Source: Botryllus schlosseri (Eukaryota). Taken from it: a stretch of 64,000 nucleotides of DNA. The stretch lies in the NCBI GenBank assembly GCA_051294905.1, contig CM119378.1, positions 15,190,001 to 15,254,000 of the forward strand. Direction: 5' to 3'. Within the stretch, counting starts at the first letter, position 1. Every line of letters starts with the position of its first letter. The notes beneath the pieces were generated by a model that ran no database searches, was not told where the DNA came from, and was given only the letters and a program-made list of their open reading frames with translations. A program made the position numbers and the translations under genes. This document shows positions 55,001 through 64,000 of the stretch, piece after piece.

Positions 55001-58000
55001 AAAACACCTTGAAACAGACATAAAAGGCAAGTTCCTAAACATAGCTCAAACAACCGCCAGGCATTGAGTCATCAATATACAACAAACTGTGAACCTCATT
55101 ACACAAATGGAGTTGATTGATGTCTCCAATCAATTAATTCGGAAATTGGGTTCAAGACCAATATAATTGTTTACATACGGTAAACGATTTGCCAAAATCA
55201 TGATCGCCCCGCTGATTGAGTTATCGACATAACCATGCAAATATTATGAGACAGAATTACAATTATTTATAATCCATAGAGAAGCACTATCTTAAGCACT
55301 TGTTCTTAGTTCTTATACGGCTAACAATTGAAATGATGCATTGAAAAAAGTAATCAGCAGTTCAATTTCATAGCTCTATACAAGTATCGGCACCAACTGG
55401 TAGATGTGAACGTACAGGAGGTTGAAATTTTTTAATTTATTATAAAAAGTTTATAAAAGAAACTTCATAGTTTTCTGTCAACCCCATGAAATTGCTAAGT
55501 TGTCTAAAAGAACGATCCTTAACAATTTTTGCTCACTTCTGACCGGTAGAAGCGAAGTTATTGCAGTTGAAAATTTTGGATTCGCAAAAATAGCCGGAAC
55601 GGTGGGTTATTTCAGAATTATGAATGTAAAGCTCAAATAACTTCGCTTATACACTCGGAATTGCTTAAAATTTGTTTTGCGACGTTTTTGTAGACAACCC
55701 AACAATGTCATGGGGTTGACAGTAAAACTTGAATTTAAAAAAAAAATTTTATAGTAAATTCAAAATTTTCAAAGTACTGCGCACTCACATCTACAAGTTA
55801 CAATCGAGCCAAATTTGATGTGCAGTGTTTTTCAGGCAACCCAACAATTTAATCATTGAATCCCCGGAATCAGGAAAAATAATTTACAACAGCCCTAACA
55901 CTAGCATCGCTAAGGAGATTTTGGAACTGGCAAATCGATTTGCAGTTTAGGATGTCCTCGTTAGCTGCTTGATTTTCGGTATATGCAAGCTTACCATCTC
56001 TTATCCTCATCAGTTGACGCTACCCCCTGCCTGATCAATGTGGACAAGATACCGTCTGTCCACTCGTGGGTCATCAGATCAAATTCACCGTACAGCTGAC
56101 CCATCGTGATTGACTTGGGATTCAACGTCTCAGTCTGTAATGGAATGCATTAATTGGTTGGGTATAAGAGAACAGAAAGTGCAATGCGTATTGCGTAATG
56201 CTCATTTCTGCATAGGCGGTACTCAAGTACAATCAAATGACAACGTATTTTAAAACCCTCCGAGTGACAAACTTATGGTGAAGTGTTCTCTATCTGTATT
56301 TTTCACTAGTAGGTCTACTTTGAAAAAGTGAAATATAGCTTGATGAAAGTAGTAGAATTTGGTTACTAACCACCTCAGAGTAAAAGCAGCTACATGACAG
56401 TAATAAATCACCAATAAAATCTTACGTGAACGGCTTCGTAAGTTCCCCCGCTGACTGACTGCTGGCCTCGTATCTGCGTCAGAGCCTTCGCTAACACGTT
56501 AGAACACTTCGTTTTACCAGAGCACGTCGGGCCGACCAACATAAGACCGTGACGTACAATCGTCGTTTCGTAGAGCTGGATGCATTTTGTGACGAAACCT
56601 GAACGAAGTAATCTGAGATAAGTTAAGCTGAAAATAATGCACAGCCATGCGTCATGATGACACAACATATGCAAAGGATGAGTGCCATATCAAAAAGTTT
56701 CAGGTAATAAACATGAATGTAATATTCAATTGCAAACGGATTTGATATTAAATGCTAACAGCGCATATCAACGTTTGGTGGCTCTCTATTCTCCCATCTG
56801 AGACAAAATCTGAGTACAAGCACTAAAAATACTGTCAATCGCCCGAGAAAAGTCCAAAAATGAAAAAGATTGGCCAAAATATATGTCACGAATCACAAAA
56901 ATGCCATAAAACGAACAAAAAAGACGCCGTCGACAATCTATCGACGACTTGAAGGGTGCTAGAGCCACAAAAACTTCTTCAATTAACATAACATCGTTGG
57001 GTCATTGATCATATATCACATTTTAATATTGGGATTGAATTTAAAGATTTGGACTTTGAAATAGATGTTAAATTATCGCAGCCAAATCGTTTTATGTGAA
57101 AAGCAGTGCCTTAAACAGGGCCAATTATGTGACAGATTAGCGCTACTCGACTGTTATATTCGAGATTTCGAAATACTCCTATCGCCTTGAAAGGAAAACC
57201 TTTCAGCCTCACCGTCCACGTCTTTGCAGCCGAGTTTGGGGCAAGCCGACTGTATCGAGTCCATGAGTGCGCCGTAATTGATGTCTTCCTCCTTGATTTT
57301 GGGAAAGAGATCGGAAACGATGCCGCGGAAGAGCTTGAGATCGCCGAGCAGGAACTTGGGCACGTTGACGTCGCGGATAGCGCGCAGACAGATGAGCTCT
57401 TCGTTCATATCGGGATGCTCGCGCTTCAAGTTACCTGGTGAAGAGGACGAGCGCATTGTTCATATTTAGAGGGAACGAAACTAGCTACGGATAGCATTGA
57501 TTTTGAAATGGAAATCACAGGGTCTATGACCACTTTTGATTAGGTTAAAGACGATGGAAAAGCTACTTTGTAATCGGTTAGCGCTGAATATAAGTGCAAA
57601 GTGCAATTGTGGCATTCACTGCCGATAAAGACAAGGCTGAAAAAAAAGCTGCGAAAGTGAAAGGGTCGTTGTCGTTATCATAAATCGATAAAATATATGA
57701 TAATGCAGAACAGTCAAATTATCTTCTATTTCTTTCCATCTTCCTGTCTCTTTGTAACGACGAGCGGTGTTTAAAAAACTTGTTACTGATGAAAATTCTC
57801 CTTGCAGGAAAGCAGACGCTAGAATACCGTGAAATCTACAGTTCCGATACGACGTCACAAAAGCTTAGAATCTATACTTTACTGCAAAGCAGGGGCGATC
57901 TATTATACCCCTCCTCAACAAGGGCACCTCGCTATAAAACACGTTCAATTACCGGCAGCTGAGATCACAGTCTTCACCGCCCTCATGCCGAAATCGTAGT

Positions 58001-61000
58001 GATCTTGTGAGCTGAGTTGTTCTGAAGACAGCTTGAAGGTCGCCGTGATTTTCCTCGCAAGATGCTGTGAAACAATGCAGGATTTTAGTCACACCAGAGT
58101 GACCAGATTTTTATAATAAAACAAAGTAAAAGCACGACAAACCTTGGCGTTGCTAAATCCGAAGCTGTACAGCGAAATTTCGGCGATCATGGAGTAGTCC
58201 GGCACCATCATGGCAACGGGTCGGAAAAGAGCCTGCGAAATGGATCACAAATATGATAACAATAATACCGTGATTACATCGTAATCAGGCATTCTATTAT
58301 TTCTGTCAGTTCAAGACGATGTACAATGTGAGACAAAATGCGATATAATAAACACATAGGACTATGCCAAGATAAATCTACCGTAATTTTCCATGTATAA
58401 TGCGCAAAATTTTACCGATTTTTTGCCCTAAAATAGGGAGGTGCGTATTATACATGGGTACAGCAAGCCTTGAAAAATAAATCCCTCGATCAAAAACTTG
58501 AAATCACACTTTTCTTCATGTTTGTTTAAATCGCGCATCACCTCTAGCCATTGGACCCCGTAATTCATATAACAGAGTGTAACGTGTTGCCAATTAAGGA
58601 AAAGCGTATTTCTAATTAACGAGAGTCGTCTGCAAAGCACGCGATCTCTTGCTGCGTTGGTTCGCCATTTGTACGCGAGTGAAATCAGGTTGCTGATTGC
58701 TACAAGCGTGCGCGGCAATCCTTGTTGATTCATCGCGTCAACGACAGGCCTTAACAATCGCATACACAAGAGGCCATGTGCGCAAGATATAATCGCTTTC
58801 GTAATCAGTTGCATCTCCAACAGGACTGGTGCGCCCAACATAACCGTTCACCCGAGCAATCGCATCTGTAATTGTAATAGGCCTCGTGCGCAAGATGTCG
58901 TGTGTCGCTAGCCTGAACTATCGCATCGCCGACGTCACAGGCTTTGGCAACTATCTACTCTTGTTTAGATTCAATGCCATTAATTGTATTACGATAAGCG
59001 ATCATTATGTCATGATTGTTCGACAGTGACATCGCAAAACAGAATAAAATCGAATACTAAACCGCAACTAATCATGTACTCGTGTACTGCAAATACAGGG
59101 TGCGTACTATACATGGGTACAGGCTTTTTCTCAGAATATACACGTCATTTTAAGGGTGCGTATTATACATGGGGGCGCACTATATTCGGAAAATTACGGT
59201 ATATATCTAATATCCAATTTGCCGTACTATAATTCTGAATCGAGTATTTATGGAGTCATAACAGCATGAAAGACGTATGGAATTCAACTATGTACCTGCT
59301 ATGCTACCACAAATAATATAATGCCCGCTCTACATTACGTGAAACATAATTTGGTGTTTTTTCGACCATGCCTATTTCATTGTGATAATGCTATTGGTTC
59401 ATCTTGAATCCAGGATTAACGTTCGTGGCTTTTTACTACACGTTTCCCATGCTGGGATACGGCTAATCAACGTTTCAATGTCTCGATGCTTCCACAGCGG
59501 AAAATACTATCGAAAATAAAATTTCAATTCTCTTAATTGCAAGGAGTGTATAGTTTCAGTACTCGAAAAGGCATCATTTACTACTCGACTCGAATCAGTA
59601 GAATGATACTTGATTTGTCATACGTGGGGTATTACTCTTTTTTTTTTTGTAAAGACGCCGCAAAAACAACGGTGAAGGGTTGGAGCCCAGATGGCGGTGT
59701 ATTTTAAAACCAACTGGCGATCTCATCCTGGCAAATCTTACCTTCAGGTTATCGGGCAGTTCTGTCCTGCCTGCGTAGCCCGGATTCATGGTGATGAAGA
59801 CGGCGCAGGACGCTTTCAGGCTGAGATCCACCCCTTCAAACATGAACCGGTCCAGCCTTTGCTGCTGCGCTTTTTGGATGGTGGCGATTTGTTGGGCAAC
59901 CACCGACAGTACCTGTGAGTTGGGATTCGTGCCAATTACAAATGACGAGATAAGACACTGAAAAACTTGTCCAAACACTCAAAAACACAACATGAATTCG
60001 ACCTATTCGAATTGAAATGAGAATGACATTGGTATTGCGACATATTAATGATCAAAACGCTGCTGAATACATGAGCTTGTTGTGACACGGACGTTTTTTG
60101 TGCATACCCAATTGCACACGGGCGGTTTCTCAGTAATTTGGCAAAGTTTCTCACCTCGATATCGATTCTGTTGAATTCATCAAAGCAAGCCCATGCCCCG
60201 GAACTAGCAAGACCTTTGAAGAATTTCCCCATAGCCATAAAATCAAGTTGGTCACTGCAGTTGAAGACGACTGTTTGGATGGCGAGGGCCTTTCCGAGAT
60301 CTTTCGTGGTTTCTGTCTTCCCCGTGCCAGCGGGGCCAGCCGGGGCGCCGCCGAATTTCAAATGCAACGCGCCAGTGAGAGTGAGATAACACCTACAAGC
60401 AACACCATGGAGTTCATTTTTAAAAATGCAAAAGCTCGCATTGCGATTTGTTATCGGAAACCGCAGATCCAGTATGGCATCAAATATTATATAATATCGA
60501 AAGTGGGATAATCTAATATCCAAGGAATTGTGGTGATCGGCATTTGTGTTGTGCTGAATGCATCACAAATATGTATAACTGGTAAATGTGGCGGTTATAT
60601 TATTATCCTTACCCGCTCACGACACACAATGTACAATGCGATGCACAAGACATAATACAATGTATCACATTCAGTCAAGAAGCATAGAACGGATTAAATT
60701 TGGCAATATGAACAATGAACTTATTGTTTCTTGCAAAATTATAGTTCTTAATACCATTACACGTCAAATATACATGAAAAGTTTTATATATTCGTACCTA
60801 TCTGTGAGCGGAGTGATAACCAGACGGCCAGTGTTTCCCAGGTATTCGTATCCGTACGCAAACTCAGCGTTGACGGCCCTTACAAACATATCGTCTCTGG
60901 TCCAGTAATATCGTAACTGACTGATCCATTCAAAGTCGTTGACGGTCTGAACCTTCTCGTCTCGCAAATTTCCAACCACGTCACGAGCGTGGACCTAAGA

Positions 61001-62879
61001 ATAGGATTGCGTTTGATAATGGTACATTGTGCGTCGCGCAAGCGACGTGAACATCCTCAGCAAGAATTAAAAATGTGCACCAAGAGGAGATCAATATATG
61101 ATGCTTTCTTTCAGGACAACATTTATTGTGGTATCATTTATTTAACTTGAAACCATTTCTTGTGTTAATTTATCAGGAGTTAATGTAACAATAAACAGAT
61201 GAACAGATATTCAAATGAAAACCAATTTGGCAGTGTATGATCGTTAGACAAACCTAGCTACATCGGTAACTATGAAGTAGTCTAAAAATGCGCGAGGATC
61301 AAATCATGAATTACACAGGAAAACGTTGGAGGACATATAACACAATGAAATATTTTAAGATTGTAAAGGAACTCGTGTCAGCATAAATATTGACCGTCTA
61401 GTTTAATAATCGCCGATTCTAATACAGATAAATAAAAGGCAGTTTTTTGAAATCACAGTGAACCCAGCATTATTGTAAATAAATCATTGATACATTATAC
61501 TGCAATGAGCGCGGTGCTGAAAGTAATATTGAAGTTTAGCATCGCCAATGCGCTCTATGTATATTCAACTATTTGTGGTGAACAGGTAACTTGAAAATTG
61601 AACACTGGTGCCTTCTGTTCCCGTTCACTCCAACAAACCAAATTCCTGTCCAGACTGGAGGCAGCTAAGCGTTGCTTACCTCAATTACGATCAAAGCGGA
61701 CATGATCATACGTCCGAGTTTGCTGAGATTTCCCCGCACAAGCCCGACCAGATCGTTCAACATCCCCACGAGCTTCTCATAGAAATTCACCAAATCGTGA
61801 GCTTCGATGGCCTCTTCGACGGTAGAAGCCCAATACACTTGCGAGTCGGCAATGACCACTTGGCCTGCAAAGGAGGGTTTTTCTCATGTCCTCATCTTGT
61901 GTAGTATTTAGTATTGGGTCCCGATCGACATCAAACTTTTGAGTAACTTTTGTAACCAGAGGTGGTTTGTAATGGAGTACTTCTACTGTTTTGGAGTATT
62001 CAAGTTGGTTTTGCCTACGTGCAATACTTACTCGAGAGGTCGAAATAATAGGGTGTAGCGTTATGACTAATGCAAAATGACAAACAACAAAAGAAATAGA
62101 TGAAATTTTCAAAAATCCATTCAGTTGTCGTGATGCAAGGGCTTTTCGCCTAGTTGTCATGACAATTCCTTTAATAAAAGCGCTATCCTTTAGCTAATTT
62201 CGACTTCATAAACTCAAAGTGCAAAAATAAGTGACTTTGCCCCCAATAGATGTCTCGTATAAGTCGCAGTACTCTGAAAACATAATCACTTGAGTAATGA
62301 GTACAGGTAGGCAAATCTACTTTGGTACTTCAAAAAAGAAGAAGTACTTCGTTACTGACCACTTTTGCTGAAGACCGTGACACTCGCAACAATTGTCCCA
62401 TATATGACAGGCAGATTATATCACCTGTGTCAGTCGATACCGATATTTCTACAGAAGCAGATATACCGTTGGGCACTAATCAGTAAGCAGTATCTATTAC
62501 CTGGCCAATTCAGCACCCACTCCGTACGCTTCGTTTCCGGGTAGGCCTTGATGCCTTTTTCGCATTGTTCCCTCACAGACTCTCTCATGACGCGCTCCAC
62601 TTCTCCGAGCCAATTCTCGACGTTACCAGACGGGTAGAGCTTCTCGGAGAAATCGACGGACTCGCCCTCGCCAGATATCATCTGCGTCATGCTCATATCG
62701 TCCTCGAATTTGATCTGCGCCATATAACAGAAATGTTTATTTGATCGGTTCGATATAGACGTACGGCACTTACCTTGGCGATATTTTCAAAGCATTTTCT
62801 CAAATGCGGCTGTACCGCAGTCGGGTCTTTGGTTTGAGATAAAATTTCGAGAAGCTCGTCGTCCGATAAGAAATAGAAT
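17135..62879 (-). CDS. DNAH1: Axonemal dynein heavy chain, DNAH1-like inner-arm dynein; 5'-partial, 53 exons in window, ~2,944 aa
   Basis: Every junction traced is GT-AG and frame-consistent (8836 nt = 1 + 2945 codons including the stop). It has four P-loops ([33 protein letters not shown]). The C-terminus [40 protein letters not shown] closely resembles the DNAH1 C-terminus as I recall it. Confidence 0.93.
18442..18781. mobile_element. Non-autonomous hAT MITE, 340 bp
   Basis: 13-bp TIRs TAGGGTTACCATA / TATGGTAACCCTA; perfect 8-bp TSD TTATAAAC (18434-18441, 18782-18789). Confidence 0.92.
19520..20018 (-). mobile_element. CAGGGTTG-family MITE copy, inverted, one end eroded
   Basis: Ends ...ccttgtgacttggttacaaccctg at 20018; reverse complement of the 20254 and 48005 copies. 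Confidence 0.85.
20254..20811 (+). mobile_element. CAGGGTTG-family MITE copy
   Basis: Begins cagggttgcaaccaagtcacaagg, ends ttaaaaccctg; no intact TSD. Confidence 0.85.
25653..25688. mobile_element. Orphan right end of a relative of the Buster element
   Basis: AGTTTGGGAACCACTG matches the autonomous element's TIR at 15/16 and is preceded by a GGGGGTAA subterminal motif. Confidence 0.65.
25770..34755 (-). CDS. DNAH1: DNAH1 AAA5 + strut; exons 34534-34755, 34290-34463, 33980-34140, 33431-33656, 28094-28289, 27916-28031, 27019-27171, 25770-25934
   Basis: [61 protein letters not shown]. Confidence 0.94.
26010..26760 (+). pseudogene. 5'-truncated CR1/L2-clade LINE remnant (RT C-terminal region + 3' tail)
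   Basis: One frame reads [38 protein letters not shown]...FEVAKVVHK...HSHYTRSS...I*NALP, with 3 in-frame stops; 3' tail ggtgtgatcagactagttgaccct. Confidence 0.85.
27468..27887 (-). mobile_element. CAGGGTTG-family MITE copy, inverted, partial
   Basis: Ends ...ccttgtgactaggttacaacccgg; internal sequence collinear with 19520-20018. Confidence 0.8.
28591..32117 (+). mobile_element. Full-length autonomous hAT (Buster family) DNA transposon, 3,527 bp, in DNAH1 intron 28290-33430, antisense to the host
   Basis: Perfect 16-bp TIRs CAGTGGTTCCCAACCT (28591-28606) / AGGTTGGGAACCACTG (32102-32117). Perfect 8-bp TSD GATTAGAT (28583-28590, 32118-32125) with the central TA typical of Buster. Subterminal GGGGTAA motifs at both ends. 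Confidence 0.97.
30011..31813 (+). CDS. hAT/Buster transposase (~600 aa; ZBED5/ZBED8/SCAND3/FAM200-like family); the ORF is open from 29960
   Basis: BED-like finger CVIC...HLMKRH; catalytic D (LQFDESTD), D (SVDGCPAM) and E (RCEQGFS); CxxH (CALH); RW motif (EVRWLS); C-terminal ...QAQPSH*; no stops or frameshifts. Confidence 0.95.
   Translation: MPGKKRHYAEAFLNHGFVNTPQLNGDDRPQCVICLKVLTNESLKPSKLNEHLMKRHPLLAGKSRGYFEGKSKQLRGIQFGSGGMASEKLTAAVEVSYEVAYRIAKSSKNHTIAEDLIMPCTKLIVSKMCGEDQAKKLEGVSVSNTTIRRRVDDLAADILAQVVAEVKASPHKMFSLQFDESTDVSSCAVLLGYVRYIHEYSVKEEFLLAKNLKTTTKGEDIFNLVNDFLGMHGLEWNNVQQISVDGCPAMMGGNRGFRGFVQRENSDIHVDHCALHRYSLASKSLPESLKIVFDQAVKVVNFIKAKELNSRLFKELCKEMGQKYEALLYHTEVRWLSRGKVITRLFELREAVEIFLIEKKSGLAEYFSDPHWIAQLGYLADIFVELNKGNLSIQGKCVTVIHSKEAVAAFIAKMKLWIKRVNRGVLAQFPTLDMYLEGLETENEPDFTEALKGNIADHLGQLVEKMEEYFPDLDTTNMGWLTEPFRCLDSQVDDDDFPAKEEFIALRMSEALKIDFKEKNLDAFWIERLQDAPTLATRALNVLISFSTSYRCEQGFSTIVGLKTKKRNRLDVENDARIALSTTKPRIAKLVVDMQAQPSH
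32439..33219. mobile_element. Non-autonomous hAT MITE, 781 bp
   Basis: TIRs TAGGGCGATTTT / AAAATCGCCCTA; TSD ACGATAAC / ATGATAAC (7/8). Inverted relative at ~38740-39395 and a fragment at ~1120-1315. Confidence 0.88.
34905..35900 (-). pseudogene. 5'-truncated CR1/L2-clade LINE remnant, same family as 26010-26760
   Basis: [29 protein letters not shown], a frameshift, then RLMAGL...[10 protein letters not shown]...[14 protein letters not shown]...IWNTIP; shares the 3' tail ggtgtgatcagactagttgaccct. Confidence 0.85.
36179..43878 (-). CDS. DNAH1: DNAH1 AAA4 + stalk/microtubule-binding domain; exons 43774-43878, 43036-43232, 41823-42167, 41021-41190, 40673-40869, 39987-40106, 39745-39921, 38295-38456, 38070-38230, 37067-37224, 36179-36381
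   Basis: [46 protein letters not shown], coiled coil [42 protein letters not shown]. Confidence 0.94.
38740..39395. mobile_element. Inverted copy of the 32439-33219 MITE family
   Basis: For example, 39100 taactactggaattcttcacaggtcc is the near reverse complement of 32701 ggacctatgaacaattccagtagtta; degenerate TIR aaaatccccctag at the right end. Confidence 0.8.
42646..42980. mobile_element. Foldback (long-TIR, palindromic) MITE
   Basis: ~140-bp arms (ttcggctgacactcgtcaggggtaatcgtcagcaagtagtagagaatcggaaag... versus ...ctttccaattctatactacttgctgaccattacccctgacgagtgacagccaaaa). Relatives at ~8431-8800, 25255-25465, 37355-37495, 37865-38030, 46545-46650 and 46950-47035. Confidence 0.85.
44241..50629 (-). 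CDS. DNAH1: DNAH1 AAA3; exons 50504-50629, 50261-50401, 48876-49007, 47709-47895, 47255-47428, 46380-46409 (micro-exon), 44945-45126, 44241-44369
   Basis: [61 protein letters not shown]. Confidence 0.94.
45195..45740. mobile_element. CAGAGGTGG...CCACCTCTG MITE family (hAT-like), AGTAC/TACTT-rich
   Basis: 9-bp TIRs with no clear TSD. Other copies or ends at 2227-2427, ~3500-3696, 8151, 22481, ~56375 and 61957-62367. Confidence 0.75.
48005..48536 (+). mobile_element. GACTCGAGTC-rich MITE with CAGGGTTGTAA / TTACAACCCTG TIRs (hAT-like)
   Basis: 11-bp TIRs; flanks (caaaaatc / aaaaatac) are only a partial TSD; same internal sequence as the copies at 19520-20018, 20254-20811 and 27468-27887. Confidence 0.85.
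50843..51448. mobile_element. Second foldback MITE family (~600 bp, ~250-bp inverted arms)
   Basis: ctacttgataaaattgttaggttacctaatttg...ccaaatttggttcaattccagccagtag is mirrored by ctactggctggaatggaaccgaatttgg...aaattaggtaaccgaacaattttatcaagtag. A decayed palindromic relative lies at ~55415-55775. Confidence 0.82.
51761..56598 (-). CDS. DNAH1: DNAH1 AAA2; exons 56426-56598, 55995-56134, 54852-54984, 53912-54085, 53259-53378, 51761-51919
   Basis: [69 protein letters not shown]. Confidence 0.94.
57213..62879 (-). CDS. DNAH1: DNAH1 linker end + AAA1; exons 62774-62879, 62501-62714, 61680-61864, 60798-60994, 60155-60392, 59742-59912, 58143-58232, 57953-58064, 57213-57434
   Basis: [82 protein letters not shown]. 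Confidence 0.95.
58381..59199. mobile_element. Tc1/mariner (pogo/Tigger-like) non-autonomous element, 819 bp
   Basis: TA at both flanks (58379-58380, 59200-59201); TIRs CCGTAATTTTCC exact for 12 bp and 21/25 when extended; three subterminal GGTGCGTA(T/C)TATACATGGG repeats. Confidence 0.85.
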
Positions 62880-63263
62880 CTGATGATTAGAACATTTCGT
62901 TAAGGAGGTTGAAAAGGTAAGTAGCTTAACGCCGCTACTGGCAAACTTTGCAAAATGAGCAAGTACTAGCTCTAAACTGGCTACAGTTCTAGTTCTCCTT
63001 GATTATCAATAATTATTACCGGTACTGTGACCATGTGAAATAATGACTGTGAAATGGTGACAGACGAAACAAGTGATATTCTAAATCCCCGCCAGTTTGA
63101 AAGAAGACTTTCTGATGTTATTTTGGCCGGCCATGAGTTCAATCCAGGGGTTGTGAAAATGCGATTTCCACTGGTATATCATGAGGTACCGTAAGATTCA
63201 TTTGACAGACCGCGCAGCAGTTCAATCACGGTTCACAATAGGCGAAAGGCATAATATCAACAC

Positions 63264-63721
63264 CAGTGTTGGGATCAAGTCACTACCTTCGAGTCACGAG
63301 TCATTTCGAGTCATTGCACATTTTGCCTCGAGTCAAGTCAAGTCAATCGATTTTCGTAGGTGACTCGAGTCAAGTCAAGTCACTCGATTTTTGGAGTCAA
63401 GTCGACTCAAGTCAAGTCAAGTCACGAGTCAAGTCATAATTCAAGTCAAGTTGCTTTTTCGAAGTATGAAGCATGATTAAGTCATTGCATTTCGCTAGGT
63501 GCCGATGGTTGAGGGGTATATATGAACTATATTTGATTTCTATTTCAATAAAACAATAGGTTCGGTAAAGGTAATTTTGCTCCGAGTCACAAGTCAATCC
63601 ACATTTCTGATACGCCGAGTCAAGTCAAGTCAAGTCATTTAAGGAAAGTGACTCGAGTCAAGTCAAGTCAAACGAAAAAGGTGACTCGAGTCAAGTCATG
63701 ACTCGAGTCATCCCAACACTG
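63264..63721. mobile_element. Non-autonomous hAT MITE, 458 bp, rich in GACTCGAGTC/CAAGT subterminal repeats
   Basis: 12-bp TIRs CAGTGTTGGGAT / ATCCCAACACTG; perfect 8-bp TSD ATCAACAC (63256-63263, 63722-63729). Decayed relatives at ~18170-18295 and ~22640-22775. Confidence 0.92.
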
Positions 63722-64000
63722 ATCAACACCAATCTACTGCGTTCTGCGAGAAATATAACAGAATTTGATAGTGACGAATCCATCATTGGGACAGATCGAA
63801 AGTGATGAACTGTTTTTCTAGTCAACAGGTTCACGATTAAGAGCAATTCTAAAGCCTCCAGAAAGCAGATCACATATGCTCACACTTCGAATTAAAATAA
63901 AATGTTACGATTCGCCGTCAACTGAAATATAGCACACCACAGTGTCAGACTCCAAATCCGAACTGAGTAGCCTACCATCTGCTACAATCTATCTTGGCAA

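Noticed and set aside
56510-56535. AAA2 P-loop GPTCSGKT has Cys where Gly is common
   Set aside because: The GxxxxGKT core is intact and variation at this position is unremarkable in AAA2 of axonemal dyneins
17180-60511. Many plus-strand ORFs (e.g. 17180-17575, 23081-23482, 33350-33709, 38175-38507, 41840-42154, 47621-47938, 60248-60511) and 1724-1912, 3772-4119, 9770-9952
   Set aside because: They are antisense shadows of GC-rich dynein or 14-3-3 exons
18166-63597. ORFs within MITEs (18166-18567, 19429-19671, 20259-20489, 51333-51548, 58428-58841, 63412-63597)
   Set aside because: They are low-complexity translations of non-coding repeat sequence with no transposase motifs

Overview
Eukaryotic, intron-rich animal genomic DNA (GC/CpG-rich exons, AT-rich introns, shortest introns ~61-65 nt; a marine invertebrate such as an ascidian is plausible but is inference only). 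Two host genes lie on the minus strand. (1) The 3' ~70% of an axonemal inner-arm dynein heavy chain, DNAH1-like: 53 exons traced by hand from 62879 to the stop at 17135, 8836 nt (~2,944 aa) covering AAA1-AAA6, the stalk and the C-terminus; its 5' part lies beyond the window. (2) A divergent zeta-type 14-3-3 gene: 5 exons from 9923 to 1805; its first and last exons are not securely placed. A dynein intron holds an apparently intact, very young 3,527-bp hAT/Buster transposon (28591-32117) with perfect 16-bp TIRs, a perfect 8-bp TSD and an uninterrupted ~600-aa transposase. The introns also hold many hAT, pogo-like and foldback MITEs and two CR1/L2-clade LINE remnants. The most novel leads are all hypotheses: a possible upstream 14-3-3 exon encoding tandem PxIxIT-like calcineurin-docking motifs, a cluster of perfect CRE palindromes over the 14-3-3 locus, a possible nested antisense transcript in a 14-3-3 intron, and inverted MITE pairs that could fold the dynein pre-mRNA. 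No CRISPR array, rRNA or intact tRNA was found.
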